Shown here: piece by piece, positions 17,080 to 27,321 of the stretch | Layout of the letters: each line of letters opens with the position of its first letter | How positions within the stretch are numbered: position 1 is the stretch's first letter | Assembly: GCA_937127165.1 (NCBI GenBank) | Contig: CAKZLR010000032.1 | Span: forward strand, 1-46,565 | Direction: 5' to 3' | Source: an uncultured Candidatus Peregrinibacteria bacterium | GTDB taxonomy: Bacteria > Patescibacteriota > JACMRA01 | Length of the DNA: 46,565 nucleotides | Program-made: the position numbers and the translations under genes | Notes under the pieces: generated by a model | What the model saw: only the letters and a program-made list of their open reading frames with translations | Databases searched by the model: none | Told to the model about the DNA's origin: nothing

Positions 17080-17884
17080 GAGACATATTGTTAATCTATA
17101 GTTTTTTAATGATTAAATTTGATTTTTGATTCCAGGTTTTGTATAGTTTTTGTTTTGTATGAATTTGCGAGTGTGTATTTGTTGTTGTCGTTTTGTCTGA
17201 GTTTAAAACTAGCTTCAGATTGAGCAAGCAGATTGCTATTTTTATTTTTCAGTTTAACCAATCTTCATTTTTTACCGCTTATTTAGTAGTAATACAGATA
17301 ACCTATTTTGTGATAGTTTTACAAAAATCTAGAAACATGGTTAAATTAAACTTCATTTTTTTCAAAAAACCATGCCAGAGAATTTAAAACCAAGAAGTGA
17401 AAGAGCACCTACCACCAGTAGAAAGATTGTAGAGGTTATAAGACGAGGTTTAGTGATCATTGATAATTTAACCTAAAAATTTAACCTATAAAATTAATAT
17501 TAAAATTGATATTAATAAGGAAATATTTTCCGTATTCCTATAGTTTCTCCTTCAATAGCTGGAGCACTTGGTATTGATCCTAATACCGTATTGCAATGTG
17601 GTATTGTCAGTCTTGCAAGTACTGGGTCAGTAGAATCTGGTTTGATGTTTCTGTTATGTAAAACAGATAAGAAGTTGTTTATTACTAAGTTGGTATTGAA
17701 TATGGTGAATTACCAGCTTTGGCTGATTATGTGGAAATTTCAGATTTATCCGAAAATGATAAAATTGGTAATAAACTGAAGAGTTTATTTGTATAACGTA
17801 ATATAACGTAATAAGATTAAATCTAACCGATAAACTTATTTTCACTTTTGGAAACCTAAAAACTGCTTAATAGATCTTTCTTAA

Positions 17885-18770
17885 ATGAAAAAGAAGCTAT
17901 GGTACACAAAACCAACAGACTTTCCTGGGGAACCTGTCGTAAAACAGAAAAATTTATAGGTCTTGACCAGAGGGATTGCCAGAAGAGGTTATAAAACGCC
18001 TAAGAGCAATTTATCCGGATTTTGGAGGCCCGATCAACTTTAATTAAGAGATTTTGTTAGATCAAATACAGGAGATAAGAAATCGTCAGGTTGACATAGT
18101 TTATTACCTCATAGATAATCGTCCAAAATTTGGTGTATTACAAGTAGTATTTGTTTTTTTCGTAGTTTTGTTATACTACATATCGGGATAGTTTTGAAAG
18201 ATGGGGGTAATCATTTTTTTGCATCTATTTGTAGTTGCTGAAAATAATCCAGAACCCGAGAGGATTATATAAAAAAGATGTATGAAGAGGAAGGAGAAAC
18301 TAGTATTTTTGACCCGTTACGTCTATTTTATGATAAATATTTGGGAGATCTCCCCAAAGACGACCAAACCAACCAGCCGTTCCAGCGATGATTTACTAGC
18401 ATATCTTTTAGAACAATCAAATAAAAATCTAGTTCACGACTTCGGATAAGAGAAGCTTAGCTATTGAATCTTCTCAACCACTACAGAGACAAACGGAGCC
18501 TGCATCACGGACAGAATCCGATAATCCTGTAACAACAATTGTTGGGTGGTTTAAGAATGCTTAGAATGTAATTGATGATTGGTTTTGTAAACAGTTGCAA
18601 AAAATACGACAGAGAGGTTAGAAAATAATGGGGAGAATATTCAAAAGGAGATAAGAACAGCAGAGCAAGATCTTTTAAATTAGCTCAACGAAGAAAATGA
18701 AAGCCTTAGGAAAGCAAGATGGAAGTTCGAGAGGGAGCTGGGAAATAAACAAAGAAGTAGACTATCTCGG
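17885..18770 (+). pseudogene. Unidentified decayed coding region (protein-like open segments in alternating frames)
   Basis: Examples are PEGLPEEVIKRLRAIYPDFGGPINFN*EILLDQIQEIRNRQVDIVYYLIDNRPKFGVLQVV... and MYEEEGETSIFDPLRLFYDKYLGDLPKDDQTNQPFQR*. They are broken by stops and frameshifts, and I did not recognise the family. Confidence 0.35.
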
Positions 18771-18817
18771 TGATTTTTGGTAACATTCTTTTTGCTGCTT
18801 AAGAAGCAAATTTAAAA

Positions 18818-19273
18818 CTAATTTGTTTCTTGCCAACTTTTTAGGATTGAGTGAGGGTTTTGGTAACCTCGAGAGGTTAAGAAAGCTAGAACTTTTTGTT
18901 TAGTTTTTGGTTCGATATTTTGCCAGTTTTTAATTTTATATTTTTGGGCAATCTTGTTTTTTAATTCAAGTGGGGTTTGTTCTTCAAAATTTTTTAAAGC
19001 TGAAATAATAACTTCGTTCGGTAGCTTACGACTTTTTAGTTTTTGCATCAACCATTTTTTACCTTTGGACTGACCATAATGATATACTAGATTTTGAGCC
19101 ATTCGTTGCTCATTAATAAAGTTTCGAGATTCAAGCCAATTTAAAGATTGGTTGATTTTGGTTTCAGAAAAACCTTTAGCTTTAGCTTTGGCTGTGAGTT
19201 CGTTTTTGCTATAATCTCTGGCAGAAAGGAGCCTCAAAAAGTATTTTGTTAGTTGGTCTTGGTTGTCCTGCAT
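18818..19273 (-). CDS. recX: RecX family regulatory protein
   Basis: YFLRLLSARDYSKNELTAKAKAKGFSE and the repeated three-helix pattern over about 150 aa fit RecX. Confidence 0.7.
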   Translation of the reverse strand: MQDNQDQLTKYFLRLLSARDYSKNELTAKAKAKGFSETKINQSLNWLESRNFINEQRMAQNLVYHYGQSKGKKWLMQKLKSRKLPNEVIISALKNFEEQTPLELKNKIAQKYKIKNWQNIEPKTKQKVLAFLTSRGYQNPHSILKSWQETN

Positions 19274-19285
19274 TTTACTAAAAAG

Positions 19286-20101
19286 TTAATTTTGTGCACG
19301 AATTTCAGTAATTATCTTTGGGTTGGAGATAGCCGTTTGACCAATTAAGACGATATTAAAACCTTTGGTAAATAATTCTTTTGCTTGACTGACTTGTTGT
19401 ATTCCGCTAAGCGAAGCCTTGAGTAAGTTCTTAGGGAGCAAGTTGGCAAACTGAAAACTGTGAGTATAGTCCACTTGAAAAGTTTCCAGATTGCGATTAT
19501 TGACTCCCAAAATAATTTTATCATGAGCTCTCAATCTATTTATTACAGGTAACACAAAGTCTAGCTCCTGCTGGTCATAAACTTCCACCAACGGTTGTAA
19601 GTTTAACTGTAAACTGAGGCTAAGCAACTCTACAAAATTATCTGGGCAAGCTTTATAAATCAGCAAAATCAAGTCAGCTCGGTAAGCCTTGGTTTGATAA
19701 ACCTGGTAAGGATCAATAATAAAATCTTTACGAAGTAAAGGGAGAGAAGTTTGGCTTCGAATCTGGTCAAAAAGTTCTAGACTACCACCAAAAAAAACTT
19801 GATCTGTCAAAATAGACAGAGCATTAGTTCCGTTTTGTTCATAAATTCTAGCAATATTTAGAAGGTTTTGGGAACCAATTAAACTACCAGCACTAGGGCT
19901 TTTGGGTTTGATTTCAGCAATTACTTGAAGTTGATTTTGGTGTTTTAGATGAGTTGGAGTATAATTATCTAATTTTATTTTTGCCAGTAAGGCGGGTAGG
20001 GAAGTTTGTTGTTTTTGATTAGCCACCACTTTGGCAGTGTTTTTCAGAATTTTACTTAAAAATGACATATTCGTTTTTTCGCTAATTACGGTTAAACTCA
20101 A
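19286..20101 (-). CDS. trpC: Indole-3-glycerol phosphate synthase
   Basis: Family motifs are IAEIKPKSPSAG, LSILTDQVFFGGSLE, LRKDFIIDPYQVYQ, ADLILLI and GVNNRNL. The likely true start is the ATG at 20068 (MSFLSKIL), which removes the overlap with the upstream gene. Confidence 0.85.
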   Translation of the reverse strand: MSLTVISEKTNMSFLSKILKNTAKVVANQKQQTSLPALLAKIKLDNYTPTHLKHQNQLQVIAEIKPKSPSAGSLIGSQNLLNIARIYEQNGTNALSILTDQVFFGGSLELFDQIRSQTSLPLLRKDFIIDPYQVYQTKAYRADLILLIYKACPDNFVELLSLSLQLNLQPLVEVYDQQELDFVLPVINRLRAHDKIILGVNNRNLETFQVDYTHSFQFANLLPKNLLKASLSGIQQVSQAKELFTKGFNIVLIGQTAISNPKIITEIRAQN

Positions 20102-20762
20102 TATGTTGGTGATATTTTTTCATTGCAGTTAGTACCAATTCTACAAATTCGTTTAATGGTATATTGAGAGTTTTTTCACAAGTTTTGATTAATTCGCGAT
20201 TCACTTGGGCAGCAAAACTTTTATCTTTTAATTTTTTGATTACACTTTTAGCTTCAAGATCTTGAATTGACTTGGATGGTCTGACCAAGGCACAAGCATT
20301 GATAAAACCTGTAAGCTCATCAGCCGCAAAAAGAGTTTTTCTAAGCAAAGTATTAGCTTCAATTCGGGTTCCACTTTCTTCAAAACCAACCTTTTGACCA
20401 TCTACAATCACAAAACCGTAATGACTGAAAGCATCGTCAATAATTTCTGTAGGAATTTGGTTTTGTAAAAGTAATTCTCTAGTTTGGTTACCACAATGGA
20501 TACTAGGGTCTTTGCCACAAGCATCCCAGTCTGTATCGTGAATTAAACCTACCAAAGCCCATCTTTCAGCTTCGTCACTATCACCTAAATGATTGGCTAG
20601 TTCGAACATTACAACTTCGGTGGAAATAAGGTGAGAGAGTAAAGTAGGAGTAACATAAATAGAAAAAAGTTTAGAAATATTGTTTCTTTGGATGGTAAAG
20701 AGTTTATAAGAAATTGGTTTGGGAACAGAAATTGAGGTAGAGTTGACTGGCTGTAGTGACAT
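20082..20762 (-). CDS. HD-domain metal-dependent phosphohydrolase
   Basis: LLSHLISTEVVM...WALVGLIHDTDWD supplies the H...HD motif, and there is a downstream AFSHYGF histidine. The size and pattern match small HD hydrolases. Confidence 0.7.
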   Translation of the reverse strand: MSLQPVNSTSISVPKPISYKLFTIQRNNISKLFSIYVTPTLLSHLISTEVVMFELANHLGDSDEAERWALVGLIHDTDWDACGKDPSIHCGNQTRELLLQNQIPTEIIDDAFSHYGFVIVDGQKVGFEESGTRIEANTLLRKTLFAADELTGFINACALVRPSKSIQDLEAKSVIKKLKDKSFAAQVNRELIKTCEKTLNIPLNEFVELVLTAMKKYHQHIEFNRN

Positions 20763-20916
20763 ATATTGTTGTTATTTGGAGTAATCTTTTAATTTTTGAT
20801 TGTTTCTCGAGAGACTTGGTTGTTTTTCGTGAATCCAAGGTTGATCAAGAGATCAACGATCTTTAAAAAAAAAGGGTTAAACAAAAAAACTCCTTTGTCA
20901 AAGGACGAAAAATAAA

Positions 20917-21396
20917 TTAGTTAATTTGTATACAATTTTTACAAATTTCCTTAATTTTTTTAAGGGCTGACTCAAAACCGACAATTCGTGTGGGCATAAT
21001 ATGATCTTCAAGGCCAAGTTCTACTAACAAGTTTGAGTTATCAGACAAAATATCTTCTGGCGTATTTCCATTGTATACGTTAATCAAAATAGCCACAAGA
21101 CCAGCTACAATTTGCGAGTCACTACTACCTTTAAAATACATTTTTCCGTTTATTTTTTCACCAACTAACCATAATCTAGAAGTGCAACCTTGAACTCGAT
21201 TTTGCTCTGTTTTTTGGTTGTCATCAACAGGATTCAGTTTTTTACCTAAATCTATTATAAGCATATATTTTTGCTCCCAATCGTCGCAATTCAAAAAATA
21301 CTCGACAAGTTTGTTTTTTTGTTCTATAATAGGCATTATAATAGGCATACAAAATTTTGTCGGTTTGACAATTAGTCGTATTTTAACTATTTCCAT
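20917..21396 (-). CDS. sufE: SufE-like Fe-S cluster assembly sulfur acceptor
   Basis: Family motifs are DDWEQKYMLIIDLGKKL, VQGCTSRLWL (the conserved Cys) and GSSDSQIVAGLVAIL. The true start is probably an internal ATG (21348 or 21336). Confidence 0.75.
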   Translation of the reverse strand: MEIVKIRLIVKPTKFCMPIIMPIIEQKNKLVEYFLNCDDWEQKYMLIIDLGKKLNPVDDNQKTEQNRVQGCTSRLWLVGEKINGKMYFKGSSDSQIVAGLVAILINVYNGNTPEDILSDNSNLLVELGLEDHIMPTRIVGFESALKKIKEICKNCIQIN

Positions 21397-21427
21397 ATTG
21401 ATGATTTTTTAATAAAAATGCAAGGAT

Positions 21428-22123
21428 ATGAGAAATACTAAAGAGTATGATGCAAAGGCTTTTTTGGCGATCTTTGGTCTTTTTAGTGTTCTTTTTTTAC
21501 TTATTTTAACAGAGATTTTTGCTTTTGATGAACATAAGCCCAGTAGATTTTTCTTAAAACCAAACCGCACGGAACCTGTAGTGGCTTCTGTGTTTGAAGA
21601 TGTTAGAAATTATAGAACAAACCAGACAAATGTTAAAATTTATTTAACTACTCAAGACCTATTGGTGGGGTCTTGTAGGTCTACTGTGGGTGTGGATAGA
21701 GTGATCTATACAGACTTAAATCCGATCAGAGATAGACTAAGTGCTCTTTTTGAGGGTCCAACAATTGGGGAAAAAGCGAATGGATATGTTTCTAGTTTTG
21801 AAGGATGGAATCAAGTTTTTATGGGTACAGTGTTACAAAAAGATGGAACTTTGTTAATTCGTTTTAGTGAAGAGGTTACTAATCCAGAAAGCCATTTTTA
21901 TCTAGGCAAATTTGACAGTGATTGTGGAAGGGGTGTATGGCAGCAGATTTATCAAACAGTGAAAGCCGATCCTCGGGTTAAGTATGTAATTTTTATGGTT
22001 AATAATGATCCTTTAGTTTGGAATAAATATATTACTAGATTTGAATGCCCTCCGATCAAAACAGAACAGATGACCGATGAAGATTTCGTCTTTATACAGA
22101 AGCAGTGTGGTGTAAAAAGATAA
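21428..22123 (+). CDS. Membrane-anchored/secreted protein with a GerMN-like domain
   Basis: It has an N-terminal hydrophobic anchor. VKIYLT...LSALFEGPTIGEKANGYVSSFEG...GTLLIRFSEE...VKYVIFMVNND follows the GerMN pattern. Confidence 0.5.
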   Translation: MRNTKEYDAKAFLAIFGLFSVLFLLILTEIFAFDEHKPSRFFLKPNRTEPVVASVFEDVRNYRTNQTNVKIYLTTQDLLVGSCRSTVGVDRVIYTDLNPIRDRLSALFEGPTIGEKANGYVSSFEGWNQVFMGTVLQKDGTLLIRFSEEVTNPESHFYLGKFDSDCGRGVWQQIYQTVKADPRVKYVIFMVNNDPLVWNKYITRFECPPIKTEQMTDEDFVFIQKQCGVKR

Positions 22124-22260
22124 CAATAGTTAAAAAAGGTTATTAATGCTGATATTCTGTTTAGACCTTTTCTGAGATGCGCATAAGACGTAAAACTTGG
22201 TAATGAAATAAGAAGAGGGTTTTCTTGACATTAACCTAAAAACAAGTCACTGCTTCACAG

Positions 22261-23712
22261 TTGGTATGTAAATCTATGTATTTTTCATATAGAAAAATCT
22301 TTTTAAGATCTTTTGCTGTATTTTTTCTAGGACTTAGTCCTTTTTTGACGGTTTATTCACTGGGATATAATTTAGATATTGACCAAGTCAAACTGACCCA
22401 TTCTGTAGATATTACAGTCAGCACTATTCCAAGTGGTGCCAGTGTTTATAACAATGAAGTTAAGGTAGCTACGACTAATGTTGTTGGCTCCAAATTGACT
22501 GCTAGGGATGGAGAATTAGTAAATTTAAAAGTAGTTAAAGATGATTTTTTGTCTGAAAAGTTTGATATATGGGGTAAACCCAACCAAAACACTATTGCAA
22601 GACTCTCTCCTTTAGTTTTACTACCCGCTAAAGGCAAAATGATATCCTCGGATGATAGGAAAAAATTACTATCTCTGATTAATAAAGATTATCTTTTATA
22701 TTCACAAAACAATCAACTTTTTGCCCAACTTTATAGTTTTGCTGGAATTCTTGGTAATCCTGAACCTGTGGCTTTGGCTTCTCCAACTCTAATTTCTAGA
22801 ATTGATCAAAATTATTGGGAGGATTTGTTTGATGGTATTTATTGGCAAAGTTCAAGCGATTTACTTTTGCACCGCTTTCAAGGAAATTGGTATTTATTTG
22901 ATTTAAGAAGAACAAACCTAAATATTTTAGACGTGGTTAGATTAGATGAAACTAGCGTTTTAGCTCTTGATGATCAAAAAAAAGTCTGGATTATAAACTT
23001 TTTTTCTTTACCGAACCATCCGACCAGTTTAATTACATTTTTAATTGGTGAAATTGACGGTATATCATATACTAGATCTCCGGATAGTATTTGGTTTTGG
23101 AGAAGTGATCGAATATTCAGAGTACCAAGAGGGAATATTAGATTATTTGCTCAGAATACAGATATTTATGAGTATCTACGATTTGAAAATTTTGGTAGAA
23201 TTGCTAGAAACACAAAAGTTGACGACATTTTGGACTCAAAATTTGTAGTAAAAGCCGTGCACCAAGGTTTAGCTTTTAAAATTGATCATTATATTTACTA
23301 TATTCCTGATTTTGCTCGAAATCAACCAATTTCAATTGCTCAAGATGTGCTTGCTTTTTCCACTGCAGGCAATACTCTAATTTGGCTTGATAACCAATTT
23401 AGTCTTTATACTGACAATCTTAATCTGAACAGCAAACAATTTATTGGAAACTTGAATTTAAATCTAAATAAAATCGATAAAAGGCAACTAAAAGTAATTT
23501 ATTATTTCAAATGGAGAAGGGTTTTAGTTTATACACCAAGTCAAGTTTTTGCTGTTTGGTTTGACAAAGATATTATTAATTATAGTGTGGTTGGTTATCA
23601 TCCAGTTTTATGGATCGACAATGCCTTTTGTGAAAGTGAAATTGTACAGGATTTTCAATTTTGTTCTAAAGAAAACAAGTTGTTCGCCTATCGTAACACA
23701 GATTTATGGTAA
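22261..23712 (+). CDS. Membrane-anchored hypothetical protein with a PEGA-like N-terminal domain
   Basis: The TM segment is FAVFFLGLSPFLTVYSL, followed by VSTIPSGASVYNNEVKVATTN (PEGA-like). The remaining roughly 380 aa are unrecognised. The first ATG is at 22276; the ORF-track start is a TTG. Confidence 0.55.
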   Translation: MVCKSMYFSYRKIFLRSFAVFFLGLSPFLTVYSLGYNLDIDQVKLTHSVDITVSTIPSGASVYNNEVKVATTNVVGSKLTARDGELVNLKVVKDDFLSEKFDIWGKPNQNTIARLSPLVLLPAKGKMISSDDRKKLLSLINKDYLLYSQNNQLFAQLYSFAGILGNPEPVALASPTLISRIDQNYWEDLFDGIYWQSSSDLLLHRFQGNWYLFDLRRTNLNILDVVRLDETSVLALDDQKKVWIINFFSLPNHPTSLITFLIGEIDGISYTRSPDSIWFWRSDRIFRVPRGNIRLFAQNTDIYEYLRFENFGRIARNTKVDDILDSKFVVKAVHQGLAFKIDHYIYYIPDFARNQPISIAQDVLAFSTAGNTLIWLDNQFSLYTDNLNLNSKQFIGNLNLNLNKIDKRQLKVIYYFKWRRVLVYTPSQVFAVWFDKDIINYSVVGYHPVLWIDNAFCESEIVQDFQFCSKENKLFAYRNTDLW

Positions 23713-24039
23713 GTAAGTTTTTTGTCGAATCTAGACTACTTAAGTAGTAAGTTTTCAAATTAGTAAGTTTTCAAATTTTATTTACAAAGTAAATTATCAT
23801 AATAATTAATAAGTATCATAATAATAGCTTCACTTTTAGATCACTAAAAATGTGCTTTCTCCCTCTGTCAATCAGTGGGTCAGGGTGATTTTTGAAAAAA
23901 ATAAAGGGTAGGTAATTATTTACGGATTGGGGATAAGATCAATCCCTCTTCTACTAACTCTAACTGCGAAAAACTTAATGTTAAATGTTGGCTTATAATT
24001 TCTTCTAATTTCTAGCTAGTGGTTGTTTGTAATACTTTT

Positions 24040-24068
24040 TTGACAACTAAAAGACAGAATAGTATATT
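24040..24068 (+). promoter_or_regulatory. Candidate promoter for the 991-aa protease gene
   Basis: TTGACA (24040-24045), a 17-nt spacer, then TATATT (24063-24068). It ends 44 nt before the ATG at 24112. Confidence 0.45.
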
Positions 24069-24111
24069 TTGCACTAGGTTTGGTAATTTAATTTAAACAA
24101 GAAATAAAATT

Positions 24112-27087
24112 ATGTCCGACACTACTTCTACCAAAGATACTCTTACTTCAGATTCAACCAATACTTTTCAACAAAAAGTTCAACCGGAAATTTCCTCTAA
24201 AGATCAAACAGTAGGATCTTTGGCCTTTGAAGGCAATCAAGGTGATGTATCAAAAACTGTAGGTGCTTCGGAAGTGGAAATTGATCCTTTAATTGAGCTT
24301 GAAATTCAAAATTTAGAGAATCAAAGACCAGTGAGTATTTTTCATAATAGAAAAGTATCCTTAATTATTGCTATTTTAGTTGTATTGATTTTTGTTAGTA
24401 TAGGGGTTTTGGGTTATATGTTCTTTACCCAAAAACAAGGTAATTTAAATTTTGGCGGGGACAGAGAAGAGTCTTTAGTAGAGCAGAAAATAGAAGAGAA
24501 AATCGTTATCGAAAATGAAGATTCAAAAATTTTGGACGAATTAAAACACAAACTGGTTTATGGCTCTGCAGATTCAAACACTAACTCAAACGAGACAGGA
24601 TTTGTAAAATATTATTCTCCTACAATCAATACTTTGCTTCAATTTTCTGCAGAAAAATATAGAATTAGAGAAAATTTTATCGGGGTATTTTTTTCTTTTA
24701 TAGGTGGGGGGTTTGATATTAATAACTATGGTAAAATGTTTGTAGTTAAAAAAGCTAATCTAGATACTCAAATTCTTGAATTTTTAGTAAAGGAAAACGA
24801 AAATCTAAGTGATTTTGAAATAATTAGTAAAACAAAAGATAAACTTAGCAAGCTACATATTCGCTTTTCTCAGCCGGCCTCTGCTTTTGAAAATTCTTCA
24901 AAATTTAAGAAAAAAGAAAAAATTTATCTAATTAGAGAGTTTTCAGACCAATTTTTAATAGCAGAGTTAGTTTTCGATCAGAATTTCGAGATTGAGCCAC
25001 ATGAAAAAAATTTTACAGCCATATTATCCACAGCAATAATCGATCCTAAAATTGATAACGAGATTCAGGTCGTACTTTCTGACTCTAATCTTACAACCAC
25101 TTTTGATAGAACAAAATGGGAAAATTCGTTTATATCTAGCAATAGTGCTAATTTTAAGTTTCTCAACAAAGGTGAAAAGCCAGAAATACAATATCCTAAC
25201 ACCACATTAGGATTAAACACTACTCATCTTTTTGGGGATCGTACAAATCAAGATGAAGAGCAATATTTTGAAGACATCATAGTTAAAAGTATAAAAGACA
25301 CCTATCAAAATAAAGATTTTGTCGAAGAGGATAAAAGCAAACAAAAGATTGGGGATATAGAATATTTTGTATATAGTTTTAGTTATAAATCTTTTGAAGT
25401 AGATAAAGATAAAACCTTTGGTTATGTTTATTTGTCCAAATTGCGAGATGACTTATTATTAGAAATAAATTTGAGAACAAAAGGTAGAGATTCTGTAGGT
25501 TTTAAAGAAAGCCAAGAAATTATAAAAAATATTAGATATAAAGAGAATATAGATACTCTATCAACATCAGAAATTATTCAAAATCAATTTAAAGATAAAA
25601 TAAAAACCGCTGGTCAAGTACTTGGCACCAATTCTGTCGAAATTGATACTTCTACAATTTTAGCCAGACCTGCTACTTTAAGAATATTTAACAAATCTTG
25701 TATCAATTTAAAATTTAGCACTAAAACTCCTTTGTATGGTTTGGCAGGAAAAACTGAAACTGTTTGTTCAGCGACATTTGGTACTGGATTTTTCATAAAC
25801 AAAGATGGATATTTACTTAGCAACAGTCATGTAATGACGCCTAACAAGTATCAAGTATTAAAAACTAGCATGAGTATTCCGATGAATGAATCTTTTTGGA
25901 AGAAATACATACAGGAATTAAAAATCAATAACCCAAGTTTAGTGATAAATGAATTGGTGGTATTAACAACTTTATTTGAGCAAGAGAATATGAAGGTTTT
26001 GGAAATGGTTCCAAATTACACCAATTATGCGGGCAAAGATATTCCTTTTGAGTTTGATACTAATCTCAACTTAATTAACTCAAAAAATTATATTAAACTT
26101 GATTTAATAGACACTAAAGGTGATTCAAGTAGTACGGAAGATATAATTTTAGCAACCTTTAATCAATTACCAGAAAGCTTAATAGGTACTTTAAGGAAGC
26201 AAGATATAGCGCTAGCAAAAGTTAATAAACCGGAGCACGAAGATTATCCCTTTATTGAATTAGAGGATCCTGAAATTGTCACTTTAGGAGGGTCAATAAC
26301 TATAATTGGTTTTCCAAGTAATGCCCACAATACCGCAGCCTACTCCGAACGAGCCTCAATGATATCCACTATTACTAAAGGTACAATTAGTGCTATCAAA
26401 CTTAATCCAACTAACGAGTTTAAGATTGTACAATTTGATGCTTCTATATCTGGTGGAAATAGTGGCGGACCTGTCATAAATTCATCTGGTAAAGTTGTAG
26501 CTTTAGCTACATGGGGGTTGAACAGTAAGGATTCTGCAGTTTACAATGCAGGAACTTTTGTAGAAGAAGCTCAAAAATTGATTTCAAAAAATAATGTTAA
26601 AATAACTGATGGAAAGTATAATAATGCGATTAAAAAAGCTCTTTCTGATTTTTCTAGAAAAGATTATGTGTCTGCTAAGAAAAATTTTGAAACAGCAGTG
26701 TCGCTTTATCCACCAGCCTTAGATTCTTTGTCTCCCCTGATTAAAATTTCTCAAAACAAAATTGATAGAGGTGAGAGTATAGATCAAACAACTTCTAATA
26801 GTGAAAGTTTGAGTAGTAAAACGAGTGTTGCTAATTCCGAAATTCAAGCCCAAGACGGAGTACTGGCTGGATTGTTAAAAATTGTAGCGGAAAATAGAAT
26901 GCTAGTGATCATTAGTTTGATCTTGTTGGTGGTTGTACTGCTACTAATTCTTATACTAATTATTTTAGTCTCTCATTCTAAGAAGAAAAGACAAGAGCAA
27001 ATTAGATTAGCCAAACTACAAGAACTTTATAGACAAAGACAAATGCAGATACAGGCTCAATCACAAATAAGATCAGTATTTCCTTAA
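24112..27087 (+). CDS. Large double-anchored envelope protein with a trypsin-like (S1C/HtrA-type) serine protease domain
   Basis: The two TM segments are SLIIAILVVLIFVSIGVLGYMFF and MLVIISLILLVVVLLLILILIILV. The catalytic triad context is GTGFFINKDGYLLSNSHV (His, 25828-25830), DIALAKV (Asp, 26203-26205) and GGNSGGPVINSSGKVVAL (Ser, 26461-26463). Confidence 0.8.
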   Translation: MSDTTSTKDTLTSDSTNTFQQKVQPEISSKDQTVGSLAFEGNQGDVSKTVGASEVEIDPLIELEIQNLENQRPVSIFHNRKVSLIIAILVVLIFVSIGVLGYMFFTQKQGNLNFGGDREESLVEQKIEEKIVIENEDSKILDELKHKLVYGSADSNTNSNETGFVKYYSPTINTLLQFSAEKYRIRENFIGVFFSFIGGGFDINNYGKMFVVKKANLDTQILEFLVKENENLSDFEIISKTKDKLSKLHIRFSQPASAFENSSKFKKKEKIYLIREFSDQFLIAELVFDQNFEIEPHEKNFTAILSTAIIDPKIDNEIQVVLSDSNLTTTFDRTKWENSFISSNSANFKFLNKGEKPEIQYPNTTLGLNTTHLFGDRTNQDEEQYFEDIIVKSIKDTYQNKDFVEEDKSKQKIGDIEYFVYSFSYKSFEVDKDKTFGYVYLSKLRDDLLLEINLRTKGRDSVGFKESQEIIKNIRYKENIDTLSTSEIIQNQFKDKIKTAGQVLGTNSVEIDTSTILARPATLRIFNKSCINLKFSTKTPLYGLAGKTETVCSATFGTGFFINKDGYLLSNSHVMTPNKYQVLKTSMSIPMNESFWKKYIQELKINNPSLVINELVVLTTLFEQENMKVLEMVPNYTNYAGKDIPFEFDTNLNLINSKNYIKLDLIDTKGDSSSTEDIILATFNQLPESLIGTLRKQDIALAKVNKPEHEDYPFIELEDPEIVTLGGSITIIGFPSNAHNTAAYSERASMISTITKGTISAIKLNPTNEFKIVQFDASISGGNSGGPVINSSGKVVALATWGLNSKDSAVYNAGTFVEEAQKLISKNNVKITDGKYNNAIKKALSDFSRKDYVSAKKNFETAVSLYPPALDSLSPLIKISQNKIDRGESIDQTTSNSESLSSKTSVANSEIQAQDGVLAGLLKIVAENRMLVIISLILLVVVLLLILILIILVSHSKKKRQEQIRLAKLQELYRQRQMQIQAQSQIRSVFP

Positions 27088-27321
27088 GATTATCAATACT
27101 CGTGATCAAATTTTTCTCAACTAAGTTGTCTAAGATAGATTTTGTGATATATTTTATTTTATTTTATTTTATTTACAGTTGTTTTTAATTTTTACAATAA
27201 TCCGAGGGATAGTCATTTTTAATGTAGAAATGCTAAGGATATGTATGTATACTGCAAACCTAATTATGATTAAAAATAAAGGTTATAATTAGTTCCAAAA
27301 TAAAGCAGCTATCAAAATTGT

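Noticed and set aside
18818-19273. recX has no adjacent recA, which could be a notable anomaly.
   Set aside because: recA and recX are unlinked in a number of bacteria, and the RecX call itself rests only on pattern similarity. This is not distinctive enough to report as a finding.
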